Origin: an uncultured Alphaproteobacteria bacterium
GTDB lineage: Bacteria > Pseudomonadota > Alphaproteobacteria > Sphingomonadales > Sphingomonadaceae
Length of the DNA: 64,000 bases
Direction: 5' to 3'
NCBI GenBank assembly: GCA_963833685.1
Contig: CAWHYD010000002.1
Coordinates: 30,071 to 94,070, forward strand
Shown: positions 1 through 11,495 of the stretch, one piece after another
How positions within the stretch are numbered: the first letter of the stretch is position 1
Layout: each line of letters opens with the position of its first letter
The notes under the pieces: generated by a model
What the model saw: only the letters and a program-made list of their open reading frames with translations
Database searches by the model: none
Told to the model about the DNA's origin: nothing
Made by a program: the position numbers and the translations under genes

Positions 1-103
1 TGGTCTTCAGGTCGACGCGGACCGCATCATGGCCGATCCCGATCTCGTGCATCAGGATGTGTGGTGCCTGGCTGCATGCGCCCGGAGAATAATAGAGCTT
101 CAT
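1..103 (-). CDS. gstA: Glutathione S-transferase (beta class), N-terminal part; runs off the window edge
   Basis: Manual translation from ATG at 103 gives MKLYYSPGACSQAPHILMHEIGIGHDAVRVDLKT, a typical beta-class GST start (YSPGACS). Not in the ORF track. Confidence 0.85.
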   Translation of the reverse strand, partial: MKLYYSPGACSQAPHILMHEIGIGHDAVRVDLKT

Positions 104-118
104 CACCGGCGTTGTTCC

Positions 119-351
119 TCAATATCCGTTCGACGAGGCGTCGAGGTCGTTGACGTCCGGATTGTCTTCGCCGTTCGCAAGCTCGTTGGTCGTTGTTCCG
201 CTGCTTTCGTCGGGCGGCAGCGCCTCGATTTCGGCATTTGCCGGCATCTCGTTGGTAATGACGATGTTCTGGTCTTCCTGCTGCTGACCGTGGCAGCCGG
301 CCGCGGCCAGCGCCGCCTCGCCAGGAGCAGCGTCTTCGATACATTGCCCAT
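119..351 (-). CDS. Small acidic lipoprotein (one apparent frameshift near 320)
   Basis: MGNVSKTLLLA joined across a single indel to AALAAAGC-HGQQQEDQNIVITNEMPANAEIEALPPDESSGTTTNELANGEDNPDVNDLDASSNGY*. Lipobox-like AAGC; GAAGGGAG RBS upstream. Confidence 0.65.
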
Positions 352-379
352 GATCGTCTCCCTTCGGTGACGCTACCGT

Positions 380-404
380 AACGCTCCGCCGCGCGGGCGG
401 GTCC
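380..404 (-). promoter_or_regulatory. Candidate general-stress ECF sigma (EcfG/SigT) promoter
   Basis: Minus strand GGACC-N16-CGTT, one mismatch to GGAAC-N16/17-CGTT, just upstream of the small lipoprotein. Confidence 0.4.
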
Positions 405-408
405 AGCC

Positions 409-1908
409 TCAGCCGAAGGTCGGGATGTTGAACGCGTTCTCGCCGTGGGGGCCGCCGTCGGGCCAGCGCTGGGTCACGACCTTGTTCTTGGTCCAGAAGC
501 GCAGGCCTTCCTGGCCGTATTGGCCGATGTCGCCGAAGCCGGAGCGCTTCCAGCCGCCGAAGCTGTGATAGCTGACCGGCACCGGGATCGGGACATTGAC
601 CCCGACCATCCCGACATTGACCCGCGCGGTGAATTCGCGGGCGGCATGACCGTTGCGGGTGAAGATTGCGACGCCATTGCCATATTCATGCTCGGACGGG
701 AGCCGGACCGCTTCGTCGAAATCCTTGGCGCGGACGATCTGCAGGACGGGCCCGAAAATCTCGTCCTGGTAGCTCTTCATGCTCGGCGTCACATGGTCGA
801 ACAGGGTCGGGCCAATGAAAAAGCCCTCCTCGTGGCCCTGGAGCGAGAAGCCGCGGCCGTCGACGACCAGCTCGGCGCCTTCGTCGATGCCCATCTGGAT
901 ATAATGCTCGATCCGCTCGCGGTGCGCCTTGCTGACGACCGGGCCATAATGCGCCTCGGGATCTGTCGACACGCCGACGCGCAAGCCCTCGATCGCCGGG
1001 ATCAGCTTGGCGCGGAGAGCATCGGCGGTCTCCTCGCCGACCGGCACGACCACCGGCAGGGCCATGCAGCGCTCGCCGGCCGAACCGAAGGCGGCGCCGG
1101 CAAGGTCGTTGACGACCTGGTCGAGGTCGGCGTCGGGCATGACGATGCCGTGGTTCTTGGCGCCGCCGAAGGCCTGGACGCGCTTGTTGTTCGCCGTGCC
1201 GCGGGAGTAAATATACTGCGCGATGTCGCTCGAACCGACAAAGCTGATGGCGGCGATGTCGGGGTGGTCGAGGATTGCATCGACCATTTCCTTGTCGCCG
1301 TGAACGACGTTGAGGATGCCGTCGGGCAGCCCGGCTTCGCTCATCAGCTCGGCAAGGCGGATGGGTACGCTCGGATCGCGCTCGCTCGGCTTGACAATGA
1401 AGGCGTTGCCCGCGGCGATCGCCATGCCGAACATCCACATCGGGATCATCGCCGGGAAGTTGAACGGGGTGATGCCGGCGCCGATGCCGAGCGGCTGGCG
1501 CATCGAATAGACGTCGATGCCCGGGCCGGCGCCGACCGTATATTCGCCCTTCAAAGACTGGGGGATGCCGCACGCATATTCGATCACTTCGAGCCCGCGC
1601 TGAACATCGCCGCGGGCGTCGGCGATGACCTTGCCATGCTCCGAGCTCAGCAGATGCGCGAGCTCGTCCATGTGCGTTTCGACCAGTTCCTTGAACTTGA
1701 ACATGACCCGCGCGCGCCGCTGCGGATTGGTCGCGGCCCAGGCCGGTTGCGCAGCCTTGGCGGCATCTACCGCCTTTTGAAGATCGTTTGCCGAGCCGAG
1801 CCGGACGTGAGCCTGGACCTGGCCCTGGTTAGGGTCGAACACCTCCCCTTGGCGCTCGCCCGAAGCGAAGCTGGAACCGCCGATGAAATGGTCGATGCTG
1901 CGAAGCAT
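409..1908 (-). CDS. mmsA: CoA-acylating methylmalonate-semialdehyde dehydrogenase
   Basis: 499 aa ALDH with GITPFNFP, GGAKNH, AFGSAGERCMA, EIFGPV and VNVPIPVP motifs specific to MMSDH. Confidence 0.93.
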   Translation of the reverse strand: MLRSIDHFIGGSSFASGERQGEVFDPNQGQVQAHVRLGSANDLQKAVDAAKAAQPAWAATNPQRRARVMFKFKELVETHMDELAHLLSSEHGKVIADARGDVQRGLEVIEYACGIPQSLKGEYTVGAGPGIDVYSMRQPLGIGAGITPFNFPAMIPMWMFGMAIAAGNAFIVKPSERDPSVPIRLAELMSEAGLPDGILNVVHGDKEMVDAILDHPDIAAISFVGSSDIAQYIYSRGTANNKRVQAFGGAKNHGIVMPDADLDQVVNDLAGAAFGSAGERCMALPVVVPVGEETADALRAKLIPAIEGLRVGVSTDPEAHYGPVVSKAHRERIEHYIQMGIDEGAELVVDGRGFSLQGHEEGFFIGPTLFDHVTPSMKSYQDEIFGPVLQIVRAKDFDEAVRLPSEHEYGNGVAIFTRNGHAAREFTARVNVGMVGVNVPIPVPVSYHSFGGWKRSGFGDIGQYGQEGLRFWTKNKVVTQRWPDGGPHGENAFNIPTFG

Positions 1909-1985
1909 GTTACGCGTCCTGGTTTGTGAGTTTTAAGGTTGGCGCTCCCCTAGTCCCTCGACCGTCGCATGGCTAGGCATGCGGG

Positions 1986-2921
1986 ATGGCGCGCAGCTTT
2001 GATACCGACCGTCCCGCCGAACCCGATGTTGTCGGCGGCATGGCGCTCCGGATTGGCAGCGGTCTCGCCCTCGCGTGCATGTTCGCCGGCGTCAAATGGG
2101 CCGGGCAGCATGGCGTGGGCGTGATCGAAAGCCTGTTCTACCGCCAGTTGGGGACGGCGTTGTGCGCCACCGCCTGGGTCGCCTCCGGTCCGGGCTTCGC
2201 GACGCTCCGCACCAGGCGGGTCGTGGCCCACGTGCTGCGCATGAGTCTCGGCGTGCTAGCGATGGGGCTCAACTTCCTCGCGTTCATCCTGCTCCCGCTC
2301 GCCGAGGCAACCGCGATCGGTTTCTCGGTGCCGCTGTTCGCGACTTTGCTTGCGGCGGTGGTGCTCGGCGAGCCCACCGGCCGCTGGCGCTGGGGCGCCG
2401 TGATCGTCGGCTTCATTGGCGTGCTGGTGATCGTGCAGCCCGGCAGTGGCCATATCGGCGGCTGGGGCGGGCTGGTTGCCCTGTGCGCTGCCTTGACCAC
2501 GGCCAGCGTAACCATCGCCATTCGCCGTCTCGGCGCTACCGAAGCCGCCGCGACGACGGTTTTCTGGTTCGGCTTCAGTTCGCTGGTCCCGCTCGGCCTG
2601 GCGATGCTGTTCGTCGCGCAGCCGCACGATGCCCAGACCTTCGCCGTGATCGCCGGGTTCAGCCTCGCCGGAGGGCTGGCCCAGCTGCTCCTCACCGGCT
2701 CGCTCAGGCTGGCGCCGGTCGCGCTCGTCATGCCGATGGATTATGTCGCGCTGATCTGGGCGAGCCTGCTCGGGTGGTTCGTCTTCTCCCAACTGCCATC
2801 CCACTGGACAGCGCTCGGCGTGCCGATTGTCATTGCCGCCGGCCTCGTCATCCTGTGGCGCGAGCGGCACCTGCGGCGCGTTGCGAGCGCGCTTGCCGCG
2901 GTCCCGGAAGAAGCCGCCTGA
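1986..2921 (+). CDS. DMT/EamA family transporter
   Basis: 311 aa with about 10 hydrophobic helices; LPLAEATAIGF and LGEPTGRWRW..GFIGVLVIVQPG patterns. Confidence 0.88.
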   Translation: MARSFDTDRPAEPDVVGGMALRIGSGLALACMFAGVKWAGQHGVGVIESLFYRQLGTALCATAWVASGPGFATLRTRRVVAHVLRMSLGVLAMGLNFLAFILLPLAEATAIGFSVPLFATLLAAVVLGEPTGRWRWGAVIVGFIGVLVIVQPGSGHIGGWGGLVALCAALTTASVTIAIRRLGATEAAATTVFWFGFSSLVPLGLAMLFVAQPHDAQTFAVIAGFSLAGGLAQLLLTGSLRLAPVALVMPMDYVALIWASLLGWFVFSQLPSHWTALGVPIVIAAGLVILWRERHLRRVASALAAVPEEAA

Positions 2922-2927
2922 CCTTCG

Positions 2928-4914
2928 CTACTGGTCCTTTTCCATCTTGGCGCGATAGGCATCGAGGCTGATCGGACGGCCGAGGAACTCGGCGACCAGT
3001 TCGGCGGACGGTCGCGATCCGCCCGGCGCCAGTACCAGCTTGCGGTAGCGCGCGGCCGTGGCCTTGTCGCGCAGGCCGTTCTTCTGGAACTCGGTGAACA
3101 GATCGTCGGCAATCACGATCGACCAGCGGTAGGTGTAATAAGCAGCGGCATAGCCTGACAGGTGCGAAAAGCCGTCCTGGAACTGGCTGTCCGCCGGCAG
3201 TGGAATGATGCTGTATTTGGCGTCCAGGCGCGGGCTGCGGCGCCGAGGTCGGCGGGGCAGGCTGCAGATAATATCCCAGCGAGACGTTCGACAGGCCGAG
3301 CTGGCGCATGTCGTCCATGCCGATGCTGAAGTAGCGGGCCTTGTTCATCTGATCGACCAGCTCGCGCGGGATCGGCTTGCCCGACGAATCGAGCGCGAAC
3401 GCCTTCAGCGTGTCGTAATCGTAGACCCAATTTTCGAGCATCTGCGACGGCGCTTCGACGAAGTCCCATTCGTTGGCGACGCCGCTCAAGCCCATCCAAC
3501 GCTGGTTTTGGCCGCCGAAAATGCCGTGCAGCAGATGGCCGTATTCGTGCAGGAAAGTCTCAACGTCGCCATGCTCCATCAGGCCTTTGCCGGCGGGCAT
3601 GTTCATGACCAGCGCGCCGACTGGAATCGATCCGTTCACGCCCTTGCGCAGCTCAATGGAATTGGCGTGCTCGTACTTGCCGTCGCGCGGATGCGAATCG
3701 AAGATGAAACGGCCGATCAGCTTGCCGTGGTCGTAGACCTCGTAGCTTTCGACCAGCTTGTCCCATTTGGGCATGGCCCACGGGCGGATGTCGACGTCGA
3801 ACATCTCTTCGGTGAGTTTGAGGATGCCGTCGCGGACATTGTCGTAGTTGAAATATTTGCGCGCTTCCTGCCGGTCGTAGCCGTAGGACTGCTTCTGGAC
3901 GAGCTGGCTGACATAGCCGTTGTCCCACGGCTCGACCTTGGTCGCTCCCGGCTGCAGCTGTTGCAGCAGCGCCAGCTTCTTGGCGTAGTCGCGTTGTGCC
4001 GCGGGTTTCGCCGCCGCGGCCATGTCGTCCATCAGCGCCTGCACCTTGGCCGGCGTGTTCAGCATCCGGTCCTCGAAATTCAGGGTCGCAAAGTTCGGAC
4101 GGCCGACCAGGTGGGCAAGCTCGTCGCGCTTGTTGAGGAGATCGCGCAGCACCGCGTCATTGTCGGGATAGGCGCGCAGGTAATAGGCTTGCTGAAAGCG
4201 GTGCCGAAGCTCGCTGCTCTTGGCGTAAGTCATGACCGGCACGTAATCGGTCGAATCGGTGCGCAGCGTGATCTTGCCGTCCGGGCCCGCCTTATGCGCG
4301 TCGATGAAGTCCTGCGGCACGCCGTCGAGCTCGGCGGCGGTCGTGGTTATGGTCCGCTGACCCTTCGGAATATTGGCGTTGAATGCGGTGCCGAGCTCGG
4401 AAATCTCGTCGGCCAGCTTCTGCGCCTTGGCGCGGTCTGCGCCTTCCAGCGCGACGCCGGCGCGTTCGAATGCGCCGAGCGTGCGCGTCAGGTAAAGCTT
4501 GGTCGGCGCATCCGCCGCCGAGGCGTCGATCGCCTTCAGATGGTCGTAGATCGGCCGCGACAGCTGCAGCTTGGTCTGCTCGCTCGACATGCGCACTTCG
4601 CATTTTTCCGCGGCGCTCCGGGTCGCCGCGGTCGGCTCGACCTCGCGATACAGCGTCGCTTCGCTGCCGCCGTCCTGCAGCAGGCGGTTGAGGTTGTCGT
4701 AGGCGCGAAGCGTCGTTTCGATGCCGGGCTTGGCTTTCGATGTTTCAAGCGCTGTGCGCATCGCGGTGCTGCGCGAAACCAGCATATTGCAGCGCGCGGT
4801 GATGGCGGCCGCACTTGGCTTGCCGCTGAGGATCGGCGGCATCGCCGGGGCGGCGAGCGCCTGGCCTCCGAACAGAGCCGAGCCGAACAACAACACAGAG
4901 CGATAGCGACGCAT
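2928..4914 (-). CDS. Secreted M3 family metallopeptidase (thimet oligopeptidase-like), frameshifted near the C-terminus
   Basis: Signal peptide MRRYRSVLLFGSALF; HEYGHLLH zinc motif; WDFVEAPSQMLENW. C-terminus (ADDLFTEF...FLGR) lies in ORF 2928..3116. Confidence 0.88.
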
Positions 4915-5030
4915 GATGATTCTCCCCCAATCCGAACACGCTAGCCCACCGGCAAGTCCGACGGAACAGGCAAGGCGGCTCCAGCTTTGTATCAATTGCA
5001 TTATCGAATTTGCACCGAGAGGAGCGAGTG

Positions 5031-5294
5031 ATGGCCGGCGGATGGACCCGCGACGGAGCAGTCCAGGACCAGATCGACGATACGGTGAAGGATGCGATCC
5101 TGCGTGCCCGGGCGCTTACCCCGCAGGGTGAAAGCGCGGAGGAATGCGACGATTGCGGGGAACCCATCCCCAAGAAGCGCCGCGAGGCCGTGCGCGGCGT
5201 ACGCACCTGCGTCGCCTGCCAGGCCGAGCGCGACAAGGCTGTCGTGCATTCGACGATCAATCGCCGCGGCAGCAAGGATAGCCAGCTGCGCTAG
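5031..5294 (+). CDS. DksA/TraR family C4-type zinc-finger protein (YbiI-like)
   Basis: MAGGWTRDGAVQDQI, CDDC..CVAC, INRRGSKDSQLR are typical of the YbiI/TraR family. Confidence 0.9.
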   Translation: MAGGWTRDGAVQDQIDDTVKDAILRARALTPQGESAEECDDCGEPIPKKRREAVRGVRTCVACQAERDKAVVHSTINRRGSKDSQLR

Positions 5295-5313
5295 GCGCGT
5301 TTAGGGCCGCGTC

Positions 5314-7580
5314 ATGGCCCGCAAGCCCATCGCATCTTTGCCCAGCCGCAAGCAGATCCTCGATTTCATCGCTTCGTCCGACCAGCCGGCGGGGAAGCGC
5401 GAGATCGCGCGGGCGTTCGGCCTGTCGGGCCAGGCCAAGATCGACCTGAAGCGCCTGCTCAAGGACATGGCGGACGAGGGGATGATCAATTCATCGCCGG
5501 GCCGCGCCTTCCACCAGTCGGGAGGCGTGCCCAAGGTCACCGTGCTGCGCGTCGCCGCGGTCGATGACGGCGGCAATGTCTGGGCGGTACCCGAGCAATG
5601 GCATGCCGAAACCCCGCCGCCGCGCATTCGCATCATGGAAAAGGGCCGCCGCGGTGCGCTCGGCATCGGCGACCGCGTGCTCGCCCGCACCGAGGAAAAG
5701 GGCGCTGGCTGGATTGCCCATCCGCTCAAGAAGCTGGCGCGTTCGGCCGAGCTCGCGCTGGGTGTCGTCAAGCAGGAGGGCGAGCGCTTCTGGCTGTCCC
5801 CGGTCGACAAGAAGGAGCGGCGGGAGCTGTTCGATCAGCGACCTGAAGGACGCCGAGGCAGGCGACCTCGTCCTGTGCGAAGTCACCGGCCGGCCGCCGC
5901 GCGTTTCGCGTGCGGGTCGATGCCGTGCTCGGCGATCCCTTCGCGCCGCGCAGCTTCAGCCTGATCGCGATCCACAAGCACGGCCTTCGCCATGAATTCG
6001 CGCAGGAGGCGATCGACGAAGCCCACCGCGTTGCCAAGCAGCCGCTCGGCGAGCGCGAGGACCTGACGCACGTCCCCATCGTCGCCATCGACCCCGCCGA
6101 CGCCCGCGACCATGACGACGCCATCTGGGCGGAAAGCGATGGCGAGGGCGGCTGGAACGCCATCGTCGCCATCGCCGACGTCAGCTTCTACGTGCGCCCC
6201 GGCTCGGAGCTCGACCGCGAAGCGCGCGCCCGCGGCAACAGCGTCTATTTCCCCGACCGCGTCGTGCCGATGCTGCCCGAGGAGCTGTCGGCCGACATCT
6301 GCTCGCTGAAGGAGGGCCAGGACCGCGCTGCGTTGGCCTGCCACCTCAAGATCGGGAAGGACGGCGAGCTCAAGAGCTGGCGCTTCACCCGCGCCAAGGT
6401 CCGCATCGCCGCGAACATCGCCTACGAAGACGCGCAGGCGGCAATCGATGCCGCGAACGAGGAGCGGATCGAGGTCAGCTCGCCGACCTGCGCCATGCCG
6501 CCGGTCGAGGGCCGCGTGCCGTCGGAGATCGTCGAAAAGTCGCTCAAGCCGCTCTGGGCTTGCTGGCGGGCCCTGTTCGCGGCGCGGCAGAAGCGCGATC
6601 CGCTCGAGCTCGACCTGCCTGAGCGGCGCGTGGTGCTCGACGAGAAAGGCCGCATCACCTCGATCGCCGCGCGGGACCGGCTCGACGCCCACCGGCTGGT
6701 CGAGGACTATATGATCGCCGCCAATGTCGCAGCGGCGCGCGCGCTGGAGGCGAAAAAGGCGCCGGTGATGTACCGCGTCCACGAAAGCCCGAGCCGCGAG
6801 AAGCTGGTCGCGCTCAAGGATTATCTCGCCACCTTCGGGGTCGAGTTCACGCTCGGCCAGGTGGTCAAGGCGGGCACGTTCAACCGGATCATCGAGCGCG
6901 TCGGCGACGGCGATGGCCGTGCCGAGATCATGGAGCAGTTGCTGCGCACCCAGATGCAGGCCCGCTACGGCCCGGAGCGGCTCGGCCATTTCGGGCTGGC
7001 GCTTGCCACTTATGCCCATTTCACCTCGCCCATCCGACGCTATGCCGACCTCCTCGTCCATCGTGGGCTGGTGAAGGCCTACAAGCTCGGCGAGGGGGGG
7101 CTGCCGCAGGGCGACGAGGAACGGTTCGAGGCGATCGGCGAGCAAATCTCGATGCTCGAGCGGCGGGCGATGGAGGCCGAGCGCGACACCATCGACCGCT
7201 ATGTCGCCGCCTTCCTCGCCGACCAGGTCGGGCAAATGGTCGAATGCCGCATCACCGGCGTGCAGCCGTTCGGTTTCTTCGCCACGGTCGAGGATCTCGG
7301 CGGCGACGGGCTGGTGCTGGCCCGCGACCTCGGCCGCGAATATTTCCGCTACGACGAAGCGGCCCGACAGCTGGTCGGCGAGGAGACCGGCGAGAGCTAC
7401 CGTGTCGGTCAGCGGCTGACGCTTCGGCTGGCCGAGGCCAATCCAGTCTCGGGATCGCTGCGGTTCGAGCTGCCGGAGGGCAGCTACGGCCATGCGCCGC
7501 GGCCGCCGCGCCGCAACGATCGCACGCGCCGCGGACGGCCGGCCAACATTCGTCACCAGGGCGGACGCCGCCGCTCTTGA
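5314..7580 (+). CDS. rnr: Ribonuclease R (frameshifts near 5835 and 5908)
   Basis: N-terminal HTH (REIARAFGL), AIDPADARDHDDA, IADVS, YAHFTSPIRRYADL and a C-terminal S1 domain. Confidence 0.93.
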
Positions 7581-7630
7581 TTCTCTCACGCCGATTGGCT
7601 TGAACCGGCGTTTGCAACCGGGGGGTTTCG

Positions 7631-8479
7631 ATGAAGATCATGCGGTTCTTCGGCTATGCACTCGGAGCGCTGGTCGTGCTTGCCGCTGTCGCAGCGCTGA
7701 TCGTTTACCTGATGTCCGCGCGGGCACTCGCCCACACGTCGCCGCAGGCTTCGCGCCTCGCCAAGCCGAGCGCGGCCCAGCTCGCCGATGGGCAGCGCCA
7801 GCTCCACGTTCTCGGCTGCGCCAATTGCCATGGGCCGAAGCTTCAGGGCGACATCTTCATCGACGAGCCCGAGCTCGCCAGGGTCTATGCGCCCAACCTG
7901 ACGCTGGTCGCCGCCAAGGCCAGCGACGCCCAGCTCGACCAGGCGATCCGGCAGGGCATCGGCCATGACGGCCGGGCGCTCGTGATCATGCCGTCGGAAG
8001 GCTATCAGTTCCTGACCGACGCCGAGACCGCCGCGCTGATCGCCGCGATCCGCGCCACGCCGAAGTCGGGGCAGGAGCAGCCCGCGCGGAGCATCGGGCC
8101 GCTCGGGCGGGTGGGACTCCTGGCCGGCAAGTTCAATACCGCGCCCAAGCTGGTCGCGGACTATCGCGCGTCGCCGATTCCTGACCTCGGTGTGCAGTTT
8201 GCCCGCGGCCGCCACTTGGTCGAGACCAATTGCGCCGAATGCCATGGCGCCGATCTCAAGGGGAAGGAAGTAAAGCCGGGCGTCCAGTCGGCCGACCTCG
8301 CGCTGGCCGGGGCCTACGACCTCGACCAGTTTAAGGCGCTACTCCGCAAGGGCGTGGCGCCCGGCAAGAAACTCGGCCTGATGGGCGAAGTTGCGCGTAC
8401 CGATTTCAAGAACCTCAATGATGACGAGATTGCTGCGATCCACGCCTATCTCGCCGAACGCGCCAAGCGCACGCCGTAG
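7631..8479 (+). CDS. Membrane-anchored di-heme c-type cytochrome
   Basis: N-terminal TM helix; two CXXCH motifs (CANCH, CAECH); APNLT and AIRQG..MPS pattern. Confidence 0.85.
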   Translation: MKIMRFFGYALGALVVLAAVAALIVYLMSARALAHTSPQASRLAKPSAAQLADGQRQLHVLGCANCHGPKLQGDIFIDEPELARVYAPNLTLVAAKASDAQLDQAIRQGIGHDGRALVIMPSEGYQFLTDAETAALIAAIRATPKSGQEQPARSIGPLGRVGLLAGKFNTAPKLVADYRASPIPDLGVQFARGRHLVETNCAECHGADLKGKEVKPGVQSADLALAGAYDLDQFKALLRKGVAPGKKLGLMGEVARTDFKNLNDDEIAAIHAYLAERAKRTP

Positions 8480-8537
8480 CGGACGCAACTTTCCAGCATC
8501 GAGCGTATTGGGCCTTCGAACTCCAAGGGAGAGTCGG

Positions 8538-9154
8538 ATGGCCTACAAAATCGCAATCATCGTCGGCAGCCTTCGTGAAGGCAGCATCAACCGCAAGGTG
8601 GCGCGTTCGATCTGCGGACTTCGCAACGACAATCTCGATTGCTCGATGATCGAAATCGGCGACCTGCCGCTTTACAACCAGGACCTCGACGCCAACCCGC
8701 CGCCGCAATGGACCCGCTTTCGCGAGCAGGTTGGCGCCTCCCACGGCGTGCTCTTTTGTCAGTCCGGAATACAATCGCGGCATTCCCGGCGTCTTGAAGA
8801 ACGCCATCGACGTCGGCTCGCGACCTTATGGCCAGAGTGTATTCGACAAAAAGCCCGCCGCGATCGTGACCGCCTCGCCCGGAAGCATCGGCGGGTTCGG
8901 CGCCAATCACCAGATCCGCCAGGCGGCGGTGTTCCTCAACATGCCGCTGATGCAGCAGCCCGAAGCCTATCTCGGCCACGTGACCGATGACAGTTTCGAC
9001 GACAGCGGGTGCCTGAAGGACGGGCCGCTGAAGGAACTGGTCGACGAAGCTCGCCCACGCCTTCCACGACTGGGTCGAGATGATCCACCGGTCGCGCCAG
9101 CTGCTTGCCGAGGATTTGGCGCACGCCGCGCAGAAGGACAAGGAACACGCCTGA
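8538..9154 (+). CDS. NADPH-dependent FMN reductase (ChrR/SsuE-like), frameshifted
   Basis: IVGSLREGSINR, LPLYNQD, SPEYNRGIPGVLKNAID, SPGSIGGFG across two frames; stop TGA at 9152-9154 after correction. Confidence 0.88.
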
Positions 9155-9212
9155 CCCTTGGCGGTGGAGGACTAGTTGCTTAGCTAGTCGGCAATCTTAT
9201 CGGAGGATTATC

Positions 9213-9616
9213 ATGGAGCTACCTTGGCTCGGGCGTTGGCAGCCGCAAATTCTCGCTCTCCTGAGGATCGTCACCGGCCTCCTGTTTCTCGAGCACGGCA
9301 CGTCCAAGTTCTTCGCCTTTCCGGTACCCTTTCCAGTTCAGCCGCTGCCGCCAATGTTGATCGCCGCCGGCCTGATCGAGACGGTCGCGGGCGTGCTCGT
9401 CACGCTTGGCCTGTTTACGCGCCTCGCTGCCTTCATCGCGTCAGGTGAGATGGCGGCGGCTTATTTCATCGGCCATTTGCCGAAAGGCTTCTGGCCGGTC
9501 GCGAACATGGGCGAAGGAGCCATCCTGTTCTGCTTCATCTTCCTCTATCTGGCCGCGGCCGGGCCGGGCGCCTGGCGCTGGACAACGCGCGGACGAGGAA
9601 CGCGCCGATCAGGTGA
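9213..9616 (+). CDS. DoxX family membrane protein
   Basis: [43 protein letters not shown]-(S)LD after one indel. Confidence 0.88.
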
Positions 9617-10834
9617 CCTTGGCGCCTTGCCTGAAGCGCGGCTGGTCCCATGTCGCGCGCGGCAAGGACGTCCGACAGGATTTCCGCCGCGCGCACCATG
9701 TCCTCGAACCGGTTGTAGAGCGGCGCGAAGCCGAAGCGCATCAGGTCGGGCGCGCGGAAATCGCCGATCACGCCGCGCGCGATCAGCGCCTGCACGACCG
9801 CATAACCTTCGCGGATGGGCGAACACGACATGGCTCCCGCGCTGCGACGGGTCGCGCGGGGAGGCGAGGCGGACCTCGTCGCCGCAGCGTGCTTCGACCT
9901 CGTCGACGAACAGCGACGACAGCGCGCGCGACTTGGCCGCGAGGTCGGCCATGGCGATGCCGTCGAAGGTCGCCAGCCCGGCGTCGAGCGCGGCGATCGC
10001 GAGGATCGACGGCGTGCCGGTCAGGAATTTCAGGATGCCGGCGGCGGGGCGATAGTCGTCGTCGAAGGCGAAGGGCTCGGCATGGCCCATCCAGCCCTGG
10101 AGAGGGTTGCGAAGCGTGTCCTGCAGCGCCTCGGCGACATAAATGAAGGCCGGCGCTCCCGGCCCGCCGTTCAGATATTTGTAGCCGCACCCCACCGCCA
10201 GATCGCAGCCGGCTCCATTAAGGTCGAGCGCGATTGCTCCGGCGCTGTGCGACAGGTCCCAGACCGTCAGCGCTCCCGCCGCGTGCGCCGCCGCGTTGAT
10301 GCCGGCCATGTCGAGGATCGCGCCGGACCGGTAATCGACATGGGTCAGCGTGACCGCCGCCGTGTCCTCGTCGATCGCAGCGATGATGTCGTCCGGCTCG
10401 ACCGATTTGAGCCTGAGCCCGAGCATGTCCGCCAGGCCCTGCGCCACATAGAGATCGGTCGGGAAATTCGCGCGGCGCGTGAGGATGGTCTTGCGGCCGG
10501 GCCGGGCCTGCACCGCCGCCGCGAGCAGCTTGAACAGGCAGACGCTGGTCGAATCCGCGATCAGCAACTCGCTCGGCTTGGCACCAACGATCGGCGCCAG
10601 CTTGGCCGCGATGGTCGTCGGCCAGTCGATCCAGTTGTGCCTCGTCCAGCTGGCGATGAGATCGTCGCCCCATTGCCGCTCGGCGGTTTCCGCCAGCGCC
10701 GCCGCCGCCGATTTCGGCAGCGCGCCGAGCGAATTGCCGTCGAGATAGATGAGGCCTTCCGGCAGACGGAACCGATCACGAGCGAAGGCGAGCGGGTCGG
10801 AAGCGTCGAGCTTTTGGGCTTCGTCGAGGTTCAT
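9609..10834 (-). CDS. kynU: Kynureninase (frameshifts near the C-terminus)
   Basis: [28 protein letters not shown] (PLP Lys), [25 protein letters not shown]. Confidence 0.93.
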
Positions 10835-10842
10835 CCACTCTC

Positions 10843-10932
10843 CGTCACCCCCGCGAAAGCGAGGGTCCCGCTGCCTTTTGGCCGCGCGCATGATTCAAGA
10901 AAAGCGGGATTCCCGCTTCCTCGGGAATGACG
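10843..10932. repeat. CGTC-tagged palindromic repeat dimer (REP-like/MITE-like)
   Basis: CGTCACCCCCGCGAAAGCGAGGGTCC ... GGATTCCCGCTTCCTCGGGAATGACG: two inverted hairpin units with CGTC/GACG ends between dcd and kynU. Confidence 0.8.
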
Positions 10933-10940
10933 AAAGAAAC

Positions 10941-11495
10941 TCACAGTTTGGGCAACGTCACGCCCTTCTGTCCCATATATTTGCCGGCGCGGTCGGCGTA
11001 GCTGACTTCGCAGGGCTCGTTGCCCTGAAGGAACAGGAATTGGCACGCGCCTTCGTTGGCGTAAACCTTGGCGGGCAGCGGCGTCGTGTTGGAGAACTCC
11101 AGCGTCACATGCCCTTCCCAGCCGGGTTCGAGCGGGGTGACGTTCACGATGATCCCGCACCGCGCATAGGTCGACTTGCCGAGGCAGATGACGAGCACGT
11201 CGCGCGGCACCCTGAAATATTCGACCGTCCGCGCCAGCACGAAGCTGTTGGGCGGGATCACGCACACATCGGTCTTGCGGTCGACGAAGCTGTTGTGGGC
11301 GAAATCCTTGGGGTCGACGATCGCATTGTCGACGTTGGTGAAGATCTTGAAGTCATCGGCGACGCGGGCGTCATAGCCATAGGACGACAGGCCGTAGCTG
11401 ATGCAGCCTTCGCGCCGCTGCGCCTCGACGAACGGCTCGATCATGGCGTGCTTCTGCGCTTGTTCGCGAATCCAGCGGTCGGACAGAATGGCCAT
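10941..11495 (-). CDS. dcd: dCTP deaminase
   Basis: [44 protein letters not shown]. Confidence 0.96.
   Translation of the reverse strand: MAILSDRWIREQAQKHAMIEPFVEAQRREGCISYGLSSYGYDARVADDFKIFTNVDNAIVDPKDFAHNSFVDRKTDVCVIPPNSFVLARTVEYFRVPRDVLVICLGKSTYARCGIIVNVTPLEPGWEGHVTLEFSNTTPLPAKVYANEGACQFLFLQGNEPCEVSYADRAGKYMGQKGVTLPKL

Noticed and set aside
4985-5015. Metal-regulator operator (TGCA-N10-TGCA) upstream of the TraR/DksA gene
   Set aside because: Too short and does not match Zur, Irr or RirA consensus convincingly.
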